Assembly (NCBI GenBank): GCA_964658305.1
Contig: OZ210885.1
Coordinates: 17,050,001 to 17,114,000, forward strand
Origin: Leptogorgia sarmentosa
Taxonomy: Eukaryota
DNA: 64,000 nt
Direction of reading: 5' to 3'
Positions 52,101 through 64,000 of this stretch are shown here, in pieces (position 1 is the stretch's first letter; the number at the start of each line of letters is the position of its first letter). Both the position numbers and the translations under genes were made by a program. The notes beneath the pieces were generated by a model. That model did not search any database. It had not been told where the DNA came from and worked only from the letters and a program-made list of their open reading frames with translations.

Positions 52101-54639
52101 ATACCAGTAGCAAAATACCGGTTCTCGTCTGATCACCGAAGTCAAGTCTAGGTGGGCAAGTTAGTACGTGGATGGGTGACCACCTGGGAATACTTTGTGT
52201 TGTAGACTTGCTTCATTTTATTGTATGTGTGTTTGTAAATAGGTTTGCTTTCAATTTCAACTTCAGGGTTTTGTTATTGTTACACGTTTAAAAAGTGTTA
52301 CTTCCATCAACAAATGTCTACGACCATACCAGTAGGAAAATACCGGTTCTCGTCCGATCACGGAAGTTAAGCCCAGGTGGGCCAAGTTAGTCCTTGGATC
52401 GGTGACCACCTGGAAATACTTTGTGTTGTAGACTTGCTTCATTTTATTGTATGTGTGTTTGTAAATAGGTTTGCTTTCAATTTCAACTTCAGGGTTTTGT
52501 TATTGTTACACGTTTAAAAAGTGTAACTTCCATCAACAAATGTGTACGACCATACCAGTAGGAAAATACCGGTTCTTGTCTGCTCAGCGAAGTTAAGCCT
52601 AGTTGGGCAAAGTTAGTACTTTGATGGGTGACCACCTGGGAATACTTTGTGTTGTAGACTTGCTTCGTTTTAATGTATGTGTGTTTGTAAATAGGTTTGC
52701 TTTCAATGTAAACTTCAGGGATTTTGTTATTGCTACATCTGGAAATACTTTGTATTGTTGTTTTGCTAAATTTTATTTAATGCCTATTTGTAAATACGTT
52801 TGCTTTCAATTTCAACTTCAGGGTTTTGTTATTGTTACATGTTTAAAAAGTGTAACTTCCATCAACAAATGTCTATGACCATACCAGTAGGAAAATACCT
52901 GTTCTTGTCTGATCACCGAAGTTAAGCCTAGGTGGGCAAGTTAGTACGTGGATGGGTGACCACCTTGGAATACTTTGTGTTGTAGACTTGCTTCATTTTA
53001 TTGTATGTGTGTTTGTAAATAGGTTTGCTTTCAATTTCAACTTCAGGGTTTTGTTATTGTTACACGTTTAAAAAGTGTTACTTCCATCAACAAATGTCTA
53101 CGACCATACCAGTAGGAAAATACCGGTTCTCGTCCGATCACGGAAGTTAAGCCTAGGTGGGCCAAGTTAGTCCTTGGATCGGTGACCACCTGGAAATACT
53201 TTGTGTTGTAGACTTGCTTCATTTTATTGTATGTGTGTTTGTAAATAGGTTTGCTTTCAATTTCAACTTCAGGGTTTTGTTATTGTTACACGTTTAAAAA
53301 GTGTAACTTCCATCAACAAATGTTTACGACCATACCAGTAGGAAAATACTGGTTCTTGTCTGCTCAGCAAAGTTAAGCCTAGTTGGGCAAAGTTAGTACT
53401 TTGATGGGTGACCACCTGGGAATACTTTGTGTTGTAGACTTGCTTCATTTTATTGTATGTGTGTTTGTAAATAGGTTTGCTTTCAATGTAAACTTCAGGG
53501 ATTTTTTTAGTGCTACAGCTGGAAATACTTTCTATTGTTGTTTTGCTAAATGTTATTTAATGCCTATTTGTAAATATAATTCCTTTCAATTTCAACTTCA
53601 GGGTTTTGTTATTGTTACACGTTTAAAAAATGTAACTTCCATCAACAAATGTCTATGACCATACCAGTAGGAAAATACCGGTTCTCGTCTGATCACCGAA
53701 GTTAAGCCTAGGTGGGCAAAGTTAGTACTTGGATGGGTGACCACCTGGGAATACTTTGTGTTGTAGACTTGCTTCATTTTATTGTATGTGTGTTTGTAAA
53801 TAGGTTTGCTTTCAATGTAAACTTCAGGGATTTTGTTATTGCTACATCTGGAAATACTTTGTATTGTTGTTTTGCTGAATGTTATTTAATGCCTATTTGT
53901 AAATATAATTCCTTTCAATTTCAACTTCAGGGTTTTGTTATTGTTACACATTTAAAAAGTGTTACTTCCATCAACAAATGCTACGACCATACCAGTAGGA
54001 AAATACCAGTTCTTGTCTGATCACCGAAGTTAAGCCTAGGTGGGCAAGTTAGTACGTGGATGGGTGACCACCTGGGAATACTTTGTGTTGTAGACTTGCT
54101 TCATTTTATTGTATGTGTGTTTGTAAATAGGTTTGCTTTCAATTTCAACTTCAGGGTTTTGTTATTGTTACACCTTTAAAAAGTGTTACTTCCATCAACA
54201 AATGTCTACGACCATACCAGTAGGAAAATACCGGTTCTCGTCTGATCACTGAAGTTAAGCCTAGGTGGGCCAAGTTAGTACTTGGATCGGTGACCACCTG
54301 GGAATACTTTGTGTTGTAGACTTGCTTCATTTTATTGTATGTGTGTTTGTAAATAGGTTTGCTTTCAATTTCAACTTCAGGGTTTTGTTATTGTTACACC
54401 TTTAAAAAGTGTTACTTCCATCAACAAATGTCTACGACCATACCAGTAGGAAAATACCGGTTCTCGTCTGATCACCGAAGTTAACCCTAGGTGGGCAAAG
54501 TTAGCACTTGGATGGGTGACCACCTGGGAATACTTTGTGTTGTAGACTTGCTTCATTTTATTGTATCTGTGTTTGTAAATAGGTTTTCTTTCAATGTCAA
54601 CTTCAGGGTTGTGTTATTGTTACCCGTTTAAAAAGTGTT

Positions 54640-54780
54640 GATCACCGAAGTTAAGCCTAGGTGGGCAGAGTTAGTACTTGGATGGGTGACTTCATACCTG
54701 GGTGACCTACTTGCTGAGTTAGTACTTGGGCAGAGTTAGTACTTGGATGGGTGACTTCATACCTGGGTGACCTACTTGCT
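54640..54780 (+). pseudogene. Rearranged 5S pseudogene unit (also at about 56634, 59381 and 63338)
   Basis: Spacer AAAAGTGTT is joined directly to 5S nt 41 (GATCACCG). It is followed by two copies of GGGCAGAGTTAGTACTTGGATGGGTGACTTCATACCTGGGTGACCTACTTGCT and lacks the normal 3' end. Confidence 0.85.
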
Positions 54781-57189
54781 TCATTTTATTGTATGTGTGT
54801 TTGTAAATAGGTTTCCTTTCAATGTAAACTTCAGCGATTTTGTTATTGCTACATCTGGAAATACTTTGTATCGTTGTTTTTCTAAATTTTATTTAATGCC
54901 TATTTGTAAATATAATTCCGTTCAATTTCAACTTCAGGGTTTTGTTATTGTTACACGTTTAAAAAGTGTAACTTCCATCAACAAATGTCTACGACCATAC
55001 CAGTAGGAAAATACCGGTTCTCGTCTGATCACCGAAGTTAAGCCTAGGTGGGCAAAGTTAGTACTTGGATGGGTGACCACCTGGGAATACTTTGTGTTGT
55101 AGACTTGCTTCATTTTATTGTATGTGTGTTTGTAAATAGGTTTGCTTTCAATGTAAACTTCAGGGATTTTTTTATTGCTACATCTGGAAATACTTTCTAT
55201 TGTTGTTTTGCTAAATGTTATTTAATGCCTATTTGTAAATATAATTCCTTTCAATTTCAACTTCAGGGTTTTGTTATTGTTACACGTTTAAAAAATGTAA
55301 CTTCCATCAACAAATGTCTACGACCATACCAGTAGGAAAATACCGGTTCTCGTCTGATCACCGAAGGTAAGCCTAGGTGGGCAAAGTTAGTACTTTGATG
55401 GGTGACCACCTGGGAATACTTTGTGTTGTAGACTTGCTTCATTTTATTGTATGTGTGTTTGTAAATAGGTTTGCTTTCAATGTAAACTTCAGGGATTTTT
55501 TTATTGCTACATCTGGAAATACTTTCTATTGTTGTTTTGCTAAATGTTATTTAATGCCTATTTGTAAATATAATTCCTTTCAATTTCAACTTCAGGGTTT
55601 TGTTATTGTTACACGTTTAAAAAATGTAACTTCCATCAACAAATGTCTACGACCATACCAGTAGGAAAATACCGGTTCTCGTCTGATCACCGAAGGTAAG
55701 CCTAGGTGGGCAAAGTTAGTACTTGGATGGGTGACCACCTGGGAATACTTTGTGTTGTAGACTTGCTTCATTTTATTGTATGTGTGTTTGTAAATAGGTT
55801 TGCTTTCAATGTAAACTTCAGGGATTTTGTTATTGCTACATCTGGAAATACTTTGTATTGTTGTTTTGCTAAATGTTATTTAATGCCTATTTGTAAATAT
55901 AATTCCTTTCAATTTCAACTTCAGGGTTTTGTTATTGTTACACATTTAAAAAGTGTTACTTCCATCAACAAATGCTACGACCATACCAGTAGGAAAATAC
56001 CGGTTCTTGTCTGATCACCGAAGTTAAGCCTAGGTGGGCAAGTTAGTACTTGGATGGGTGACCACCTGGGAATACTTTGTGTTGTAGACTTGCTTCATTT
56101 TATTGTATGTGTGTTTGTAAATAGGTTTGCTTTCAATTTCAACTTCAGGGTTTTGTTATTGTTACACGTTTAAAAAGTGTAACTTCCATCAACAATTGTC
56201 TACGACCATACCAGTAGGAAAATACCGGTTCTCGTCTGATCACCGAAGTTAACCCTAGGTGGGCAAAGTTAGTACTTGGATGGGTGACCACCTGGGAATA
56301 CTTTGTGTTGTAGACTTCCTTCATTTTATTGTATGTGTGTTTGTAAATAGGTTTGCTTTCAATTTCAACTCCAGGGTTTTGTTATTGTTACACGTTTAAA
56401 AAGTGTTACTTCCATCAACAAATGTCTACGACCATACCAGTAGGAAAATACCGGTTCTCGTCTGATCACCGAAGTTAACCCTAGGTGGGCAAAGTTAGCA
56501 CTTGGATGGGTGACCACCTGGGAATACTTTGTGTTGTAGACTTGCTTCATTTTATTGTATCTGTGTTTGTAAATAGGTTTTCTTTCAATGTCAACTTCAG
56601 GGTTGTGTTATTGTTACCCGTTTAAAAAGTGTTGATCACCGAAGTTAAGCCTAGGTGGGCAGAGTTAGTACTTGGATGGGTGACTTCATACCTGGGTGAC
56701 CTACTTGCTGAGTTAGTACTTGGGCAGAGTTAGTACTTGGATGGGTGACTTCATACCTGGGTGACCTACTTGCTTCATTTTATTGTATGTGTGTTTGTAA
56801 ATAGGTTTCCTTTCAATGTAAACTTCAGGGATTTTGTTATTGCTACATCTGGAAATACTTTGTATCGTTGTTTTGCTAAATTTTATTTAATGCCTATTTG
56901 TAAATATAATTCCTTTCAATTTCAACTTCAGGGTTTTGTTATTGTTACACGTTTAAAAAGTGTAACTTCCATCAACAAATGTCTACGACCATACCAGTAG
57001 GAAAATACCGGTTCTCGTCTGATCACCGAAGTTAAGCCTAGGTGGGCAAAGTTAGTACTTTGATGGGTGACCACCTGGGAATACTTTGTGTTGTAGACTT
57101 GCTTCATTTTATTGTATGTGTGTTTGTAAATAGGTTTGCTTTCAATGTAAACTTCAGGGATTTTGGTATTGGTACATCTGGAAATACTT

Positions 57190-57278
57190 TTTCTCATCTG
57201 ATCACCGAAGTTAAGCCTAGGTAGGCAAAGTTAGTACTTGGATGGGTGACCACCTGGGAATACTTTGTGTTGTAGACT
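57190..57278 (+). pseudogene. 5'-truncated 5S copy (also at about 59936 and 63894)
   Basis: The long-spacer sequence GGAAATACTTT is fused to TTCTCATCTGATCACCG, deleting about the first 31 nt of 5S and the upstream spacer. Confidence 0.8.
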
Positions 57279-60200
57279 TGCTTCATTTTATTGTATGTGT
57301 GTTTGTAAATAGGTTTGCTTTCAATTTCAACTTCAGGGTTTTGTTATTGTTACACGTTCAAAAAGTGTAACTTCCATCAACAAATGTCTACGACCATACC
57401 AGTAGGAAAATACCGGTTCTCGTCTGATCACCAAAGTTAAGCCTAGGTGGGCAAAGTTAGTACTTGGATGGGTGACTACCTGGGAATACTTTGTGTTGTA
57501 GACTTGCTTCATTTTATTGTATGCGTGTTTGTAAATAGGTTTGCTTTCAATTTCAACTTCAGGGTTTTGTTATTGTTACACGTTCAAAAAGTGTAACTTC
57601 CATCAACTAATGTCTACGACCATACCAGTAGGAAAATACCGGTTCTTGTCTGATCACCGAAGTTAAGCCTAGGTGGGCAAGTTAGTACGTGGATGGGTGA
57701 CCACCTGGGAATACTTTGTCTTGTAGACTTGCTTCATTTTATTGTATGTGTGTTTGTAAATAGGTTTGCTTTCAATTTCAACTTCAGGGTTTTGTTATTG
57801 TTACACGTTTAAAAAGTGTTACTTCCATCAACAAATGTCTACGACCATACCAGTAGGAAAATACCGGTTGTCGTCTGATCACTGAAGTTAAGCCTAGGTG
57901 GGCAAACTTAGTACTTGGATGGGTGACCACCTGGGAATACTTTGTGTTGTAGACTTGCTTCATTTTATTGTATGTGTGTTTGTAAATAGGTTTGCTTTCA
58001 ATTTCAACTTCAGGGTTTTGTTATTGTTACACGTTTAAAAAGTGTAACTTCCATCAACAAATGTCTACGACCATACCAGTAGGAAAATACCGGTTCTCGT
58101 CTGATCACCGAAGTTAAGCCTAGGTGGGCAAAGTTAGTACTTTGATGGGTGACCACCTGGGAATACTTTGTGTTGTAGACTTGCTTCATTTTATTGTATG
58201 TGTGTTTGTAAATAGGTTTGCTTTTAATGTAAACTTCAGGGATTTTTTTATTGCTACATCTGGAAATACTTTCTATTGTTGTTTTGCTAAATGTTATTTA
58301 ATGCCTATTTGTAAATATAATTTCTTTCAATTTCAACTTCAGGGTTTTGTTATTGTTACACGTTTAAAAAATGTAACTTCCATCAACAAATGTCTACGAC
58401 CATACCAGTAGGAAAATACCGGTTCTCGTCTGATCACCGAAGTTAAGCCTAGGTGGGCAAAGCTAGTACTTGGATGGGTGACCACCTGGGAATACTTTGT
58501 GTTGTAGACTTGCTTCATTTTATTGTATGTGTGTCTGTAAATAGGTTTGCTTTCAATGTAAACTTCAGGGATTTTGTTATTGCTACATCTGGAAATACTT
58601 TGTATTGTTGTTTTGCTAAATGTTATTTAATGCCTATTTGTAAATATAATTCCTTTCAATTTCAACTTCAGGGTTTTGTTATTGTTACACATTTAAAAAG
58701 TGTTACTTCCATCAACAAATGCTACGACCATACCAGTAGGAAAATACCGGTTCTTGTCTGATCACCGAAGTTAAGCCTAGGTGGGCAAGTTAGTACTTGG
58801 ATGGGTGACCACCTGGGAATACTTTGTGTTGTAGACTTGCTTCATTTTATTGTATGTGTGTTTGTAAATAGGTTTGCTTTCAATTTCAACTTCAGGGTTT
58901 TGTTATTGTTACACGTTTAAAAAGTGTAACTTCCATCAACAATTGTCTACGACCATACCAGTAGGAAAATACCGGTTCTCGTCTGATCACCGAAGTTAAC
59001 CCTAGGTGGGCAAAGTTAGTACTTGGATGGGTGACCACCTGGGAATACTTTGTGTTGTAGACTTGCTTCATTTTATTGTATGTGTGTTTGTAAATAGGTT
59101 TGCTTTCAATTTCAACTCCAGGGTTTTGTTATTGTTACACGTTTAAAAAGTGTTACTTCCATCAACAAATGTCTACGACCATACCAGTAGGAAAATACCC
59201 GTTCTCGTCTGATCACCGAAGTTAACCCTAGGTGGGCAAAGTTAGCACTTGGATGGGTGACCACCTGGGAATACTTTGTGTTGTAGACTTGCTTCATTTT
59301 ATTGTATCTGTGTTTGTAAATAGGTTTGCTTTCAATGTCAACTTCAGGGTTGTGTTATTGTTACCCGTTTAAAAAGTGTTGATCACCGAAGTTAAGCCTA
59401 GGTGGGCAGAGTTAGTACTTGGATGGGTGACTTCATACCTGGGTGACCTACTTGCTGAGTTAGTACTTGGGCAGAGTTAGTACTTGGATGGGTGACTTCA
59501 TACCTGGGTGACCTACTTGCTTCATTTTATTGTATGTGTGTTTGTAAATAGGTTTCCTTTCAATGTAAACTTCAGGGATTTTGTTATTGCTACATCTGGA
59601 AATACTTTGTATCGTTGTTTTGCTAAATTTTATTTAATGCCTATTTGTAAATATAATTCTTTCAATTTCAACTTCAGGGTTTTGTTATTGTTACATGTTT
59701 AAAAAGTGTAACTTCCATCAACAAATGTCTACGACCATACCAGTAGGAAAATACCGGTTCTCGTCTGATCACCGAAGTTAAGCCTAGGTGGGCAAAGTTA
59801 GCACTTGGATGGGTGACCACCTGGGAATACTTTGTGTTGTAGACTTGCTTCATTTTATTGTATGTGTGTTTGTAAATAGGTTTGCTTTCAATGTAAACTT
59901 CAGGGATTTTGGTATTGGTACATCTGGAAATACTTTTTCTCATCTGATCACCGAAGTTAAGCCTAGGTAGGCACAGTTAGTACTTGGATGGGTGACCACC
60001 TGGGAATACTTTGTGTTGTAGACTTGCTTCATTTTATTGTATGTGTGTTTGTAAATAGGTTTGCTTTCAATTTCAACTTCAGGGTTTTGTTATTGTTACA
60101 CGTTCAAAAAGTGTAACTTCCATCAACAAATGTCTACGACCATACCAGTAGGAAAATACCGGTTCTCGTCTGATCACCAAAGTTAAGCCTAGGTGGGCTA

Positions 60201-63200
60201 AGTTAGTACTTGGATGGGTGACTACCTGGGAATACTTTGTGTTGTAGACTTGCTTCATTTTATTGTATGCGTGTTTGTAAATAGGTTTGCTTTCAATTTC
60301 AACTTCAGGGTTTTGTTATTGTTACACGTTCAAAAAGTGTAACTTCCATCAACAAATGTCTACGACCATACCAGTAGGAAAATACCGGTTCTTGTCTGAT
60401 CACCGAAGTTAAGCCTAGGTGGGCAAGTTAGTACGTGGATGGGTGACCACCTGGGAATACTTTGTGTTGTAGACTTGCTTCATTTTATTGTATGTGTGTT
60501 TGTAAATAGGTTTGCTTTCAATTTCAACTTCAGGGTTTTCTTATTGTTACACGTTTAAAAAGTGTTACTTCCATCAACAAATGTCTACGACCATACCAGT
60601 AGGAAAATACCGGTTGTCGTCTGATCACTGAAGTTAAGCCTAGGTGGGCAAACTTAGTACTTGGATGGGTGACCACCTGGGAATACTTTGTGTTGTAGAC
60701 TTGCTTCATTTTATTGTATATGTGTTTGTAAATAGGTTTGCTTTCAATTTCAACTTCAGGGTTTTGTTATTGTTACACGTTTAAAAAGTGTAACTTCCAT
60801 CAACAAATGTCTACGACAATACCAGTAGGAAAATACCGGTTCTCGTCTGATCACCGAAGTTAAGGCTAGGTGGGCAAAGTTAGTACTTTGATGGGTGACC
60901 ACCTGGGAATACTTTGTGTTGTAGACTTGCTTCATTTTATTGTATGTGTGTTTGTAAATAGGTTTGCTTTCAATGTAAACTTCAGGGATTTTTTTATTGC
61001 TACATCTGGAAATACTTTCTATTGTTGTTTTGCTAAATGTTATTTAATGCCTATTTGTAAATATAATTTCTTTCAATTTCAACTTCAGGGTTTTGTTATT
61101 GTTACACGTTTAAAAAATGTAACTTCCATCAACAAATGTCTACGACCATACCAGTAGGAAAATACCGGTTCTCGTCTGATCACCGAAGTTAAGCCTAGGT
61201 GGGCAAAGTTAGTACTTGGATGGGTGACCACCTGGGAATACTTTGTGTTGTAGACTTGCTTCATTTTATTGTATGTGTGTTTGTAAATAGGTTTGCTTTC
61301 AATGTAAACTTCAGGGATTTTTTTATTGCTACATCTGGAAATACTTTCTATTGTTGTTTTGCTAAATGTTATTTAATGCCTATTTGTAAATATAATTCCT
61401 TTCAATTTCAACTTCAGGGTTTTGTTATTGTTACACGTTTAAAAAATGTAACTTCCATCAACAAATGTCTACGACCATACCAGTAGGAAAATACCGGTTC
61501 TCGTCTGATCACCGAAGGTAAGCCTAGGTGGGCAAAGTTAGTACTAGGATGGGTGACCACCTGGGAATACTTTGTGTTGTAGACTTGCTTCATTTTATTG
61601 TATGTGTGTTTGTAAATAGGTTTGCTTTCAATGTAAACTTCAGGGATTTTGTTATTGCTACATCTGGAAATACTTTGTATTGTTGTTTTGCTAAATGTTA
61701 TTTAATGCCTATTTGTAAATATAATTCCTTTCAATTTCAACTTCAGGGTTTTGTTATTGTTACACATTTAAAAAGTGTTACTTCCATCAACAAAAGCTAC
61801 GACCATACCAGTAGGAAAATACCGGTTCTTGTCTGATCACCGAAGTTAAGCCTAGGTGGGCAAGTTAGTACTTGGATGGGTGACCACCTGGGAATACTTT
61901 GTGTTGTAGACTTGCTTCATTTTATTGTATGTGTGTTTGTAAATAGGTTTGCTTTCAATTTCAACTTCAGGGTTTTGTTATTGTTACACGTTTAAAAAGT
62001 GTAACTTCCATCAACAATTGTCTACGACCATACCAGTAGGAAAATACCGGTTCTCGTCTTATCACCGAAGTTAAGCCTAGGTGGGCAAAGTTAGTACTTG
62101 GATGGGTGACCACCTGGGAATACTTTGTGTTGTAGACTTGCTTCATTTTATTGTATGTGTGTTTGTAAATAGGTTTGCTTTCAATGTAAACTTCAGGGAT
62201 TTTTTTATTGCTACATCTGGAAATACTTTCTATTGTTGTTTTGCTAAATGTTATTTAATGCCTATTTGTAAATATAATTCCTTTCAATTTCAACTTCAGG
62301 GTTTTGTTATTGTTACACGTTTAAAAAATGTAACTTCCATCAACAAATGTCTACGACCATACCAGTAGGAAAATACCGGTTCTCGTCTGATCACCGAAGG
62401 TAAGCCTAGGTGGGCAAAGTTAGTACTAGGATGGGTGACCACCTGGGAATACTTTGTGTTGTAGACTTGCTTCATTTTATTGTATGTGTGTTTGTAAATA
62501 GGTTTGCTTTCAATGTAAACTTCAGGGATTTTGTTATTGCTACATCTGGAAATACTTTGTATTGTTGTTTTGCTAAATGTTATTTAATGCCTATTTGTAA
62601 ATATAATTCCTTTCAATTTCAACTTCAGGGTTTTGTTATTGTTACACATTTAAAAAGTGTTACTTCCATCAACAAAAGCTACGACCATACCAGTAGGAAA
62701 ATACCGGTTCTTGTCTGATCACCGAAGTTAAGCCTAGGTGGGCAAGTTAGTACTTGGATGGGTGACCACCTGGGAATACTTTGTGTTGTAGACTTGCTTC
62801 ATTTTATTGTATGTGTGTTTGTAAATAGGTTTGCTTTCAATTTCAACTTCAGGGTTTTGTTATTGTTACACGTTTAAAAAGTGTAACTTCCATCAACAAT
62901 TGTCTACGACCATACCAGTAGGAAAATACCGGTTCTCGTCTTATCACCGAAGTTAACCCTAGGTGGGCAAAGTTAGTACTTGGATGGGTGACCACCTGGG
63001 AATACTTTGTGTTGTAGACTTGCTTCATTTTATTGTATGTGTGTTTGTAAATAGGTTTGCTTTCAATTTCAACTCCAGGGTTTTGTTATTGTTACACGTT
63101 TAAAAAGTGTTACTTCCATCAACAAATGTCTACGACCATACCAGTAGGAAAATACAGGTTCTCGTCTGATCACCGAAGTTAACCCCAGGTGGGCAAAGTT

Positions 63201-64000
63201 AGCACTTGGATGGGTGACCACCTGGGAATACTTTGTGTTGTAGACTTGCTTCATTTTATTGTATCTGTGTTTGTAAATAGGTTTGCTTTCAATGTCAACT
63301 TCAGGGTTGTGTTATTGTTACCCGTTTAAAAAGTGTTGATCACCGAAGTTAAGCCTAGGTGGGCAGAGTTAGTACTTGGATGGGTGACTTCATACCTGGG
63401 TGACCTACTTGCTGAGTTAGTACTTGGGCAGAGTTAGTACTTGGATGGGTGACTTCATACCTGGGTGACCTACTTGCTTCATTTTATTGTATGTGTGTTT
63501 GTAAATAGGTTTCCTTTCAATGTAAACTTCAGGGATTTTGTTATTGCTACATCTGGAAATACTTTGTATCGTTGTTTTGCTAAATTTTATTTAATGCCTA
63601 TTTGTAAATATAATTCCTTTCAATTTCAACTTCAGGGTTTTGTTATTGTTACACGTTTAAAAAGTGTAACTTCCATCAACAAATGTCTACGACCATACCA
63701 GTAGGAAAATACCGGTTCTCGTCTGATCACCGAAGTTAAGCCTAGGTGGGCAAAGTTAGTACTTGGATGGGTGACCACCTGGGAATACTTTGTGTTGTAG
63801 ACTTGCTTCATTTTATTGTATGTGTGTTTGTAAATAGGTTTGCTTTCAATGTAAACTTCAGGGATTTTGGTATTGGTACATCTGGAAATACTTTTTCTCA
63901 TCTGATCACCGAAGTTAAGCCTAGGTAGGCAAAGTTAGTACTTGGATGGGTGACCACCTGGGAATACTTTGTGTTGTAGACTTGCTTCATTTTATTGTAT

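Larger units (their letters stand above)
49170..64000 (+). rRNA. RNA5S: Tandem 5S rDNA array, right arm (about 55-60 copies, estimated; includes truncated and rearranged units)
   Basis: Same 226/329-bp units and orientation as the left arm. Confidence 0.95.

Overview
Eukaryotic, AT-rich, intron-containing DNA, probably from an invertebrate animal. Most of the window is a tandem 5S rDNA array on the + strand (1-25211 and 49170-64000). Units are 226 bp or 329 bp, about 150-160 copies by my estimate, with higher-order duplications and rearranged variants. One 5S gene is split after its nucleotide 108 by a 23,958-bp insertion (25212-49169). The insertion has a 10-bp target-site duplication (GAATACTTTG), 36-bp imperfect terminal inverted repeats and an 8-unit subterminal minisatellite. 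It is a giant DNA transposon-like element with five genes, four of them spliced and reconstructed by hand: (1) a DUF3987-like P-loop ATPase/helicase with one in-frame stop; (2) a CxC5/CxC6-KDZ (Kyakuja-Dileera-Zisupton)-type transposase with an internal chromodomain-like insert; (3) a HIRAN-domain protein; (4) an intact ~1150-aa protein with a Myb/SANT-like N-terminus and a P-element-like DDE transposase body; (5) an intronless 152-aa ORF of unknown function. The main candidate for a novel system is this two-transposase, cargo-rich giant element inserted in 5S rDNA. All domain calls come from motif recognition by eye, not database searches.
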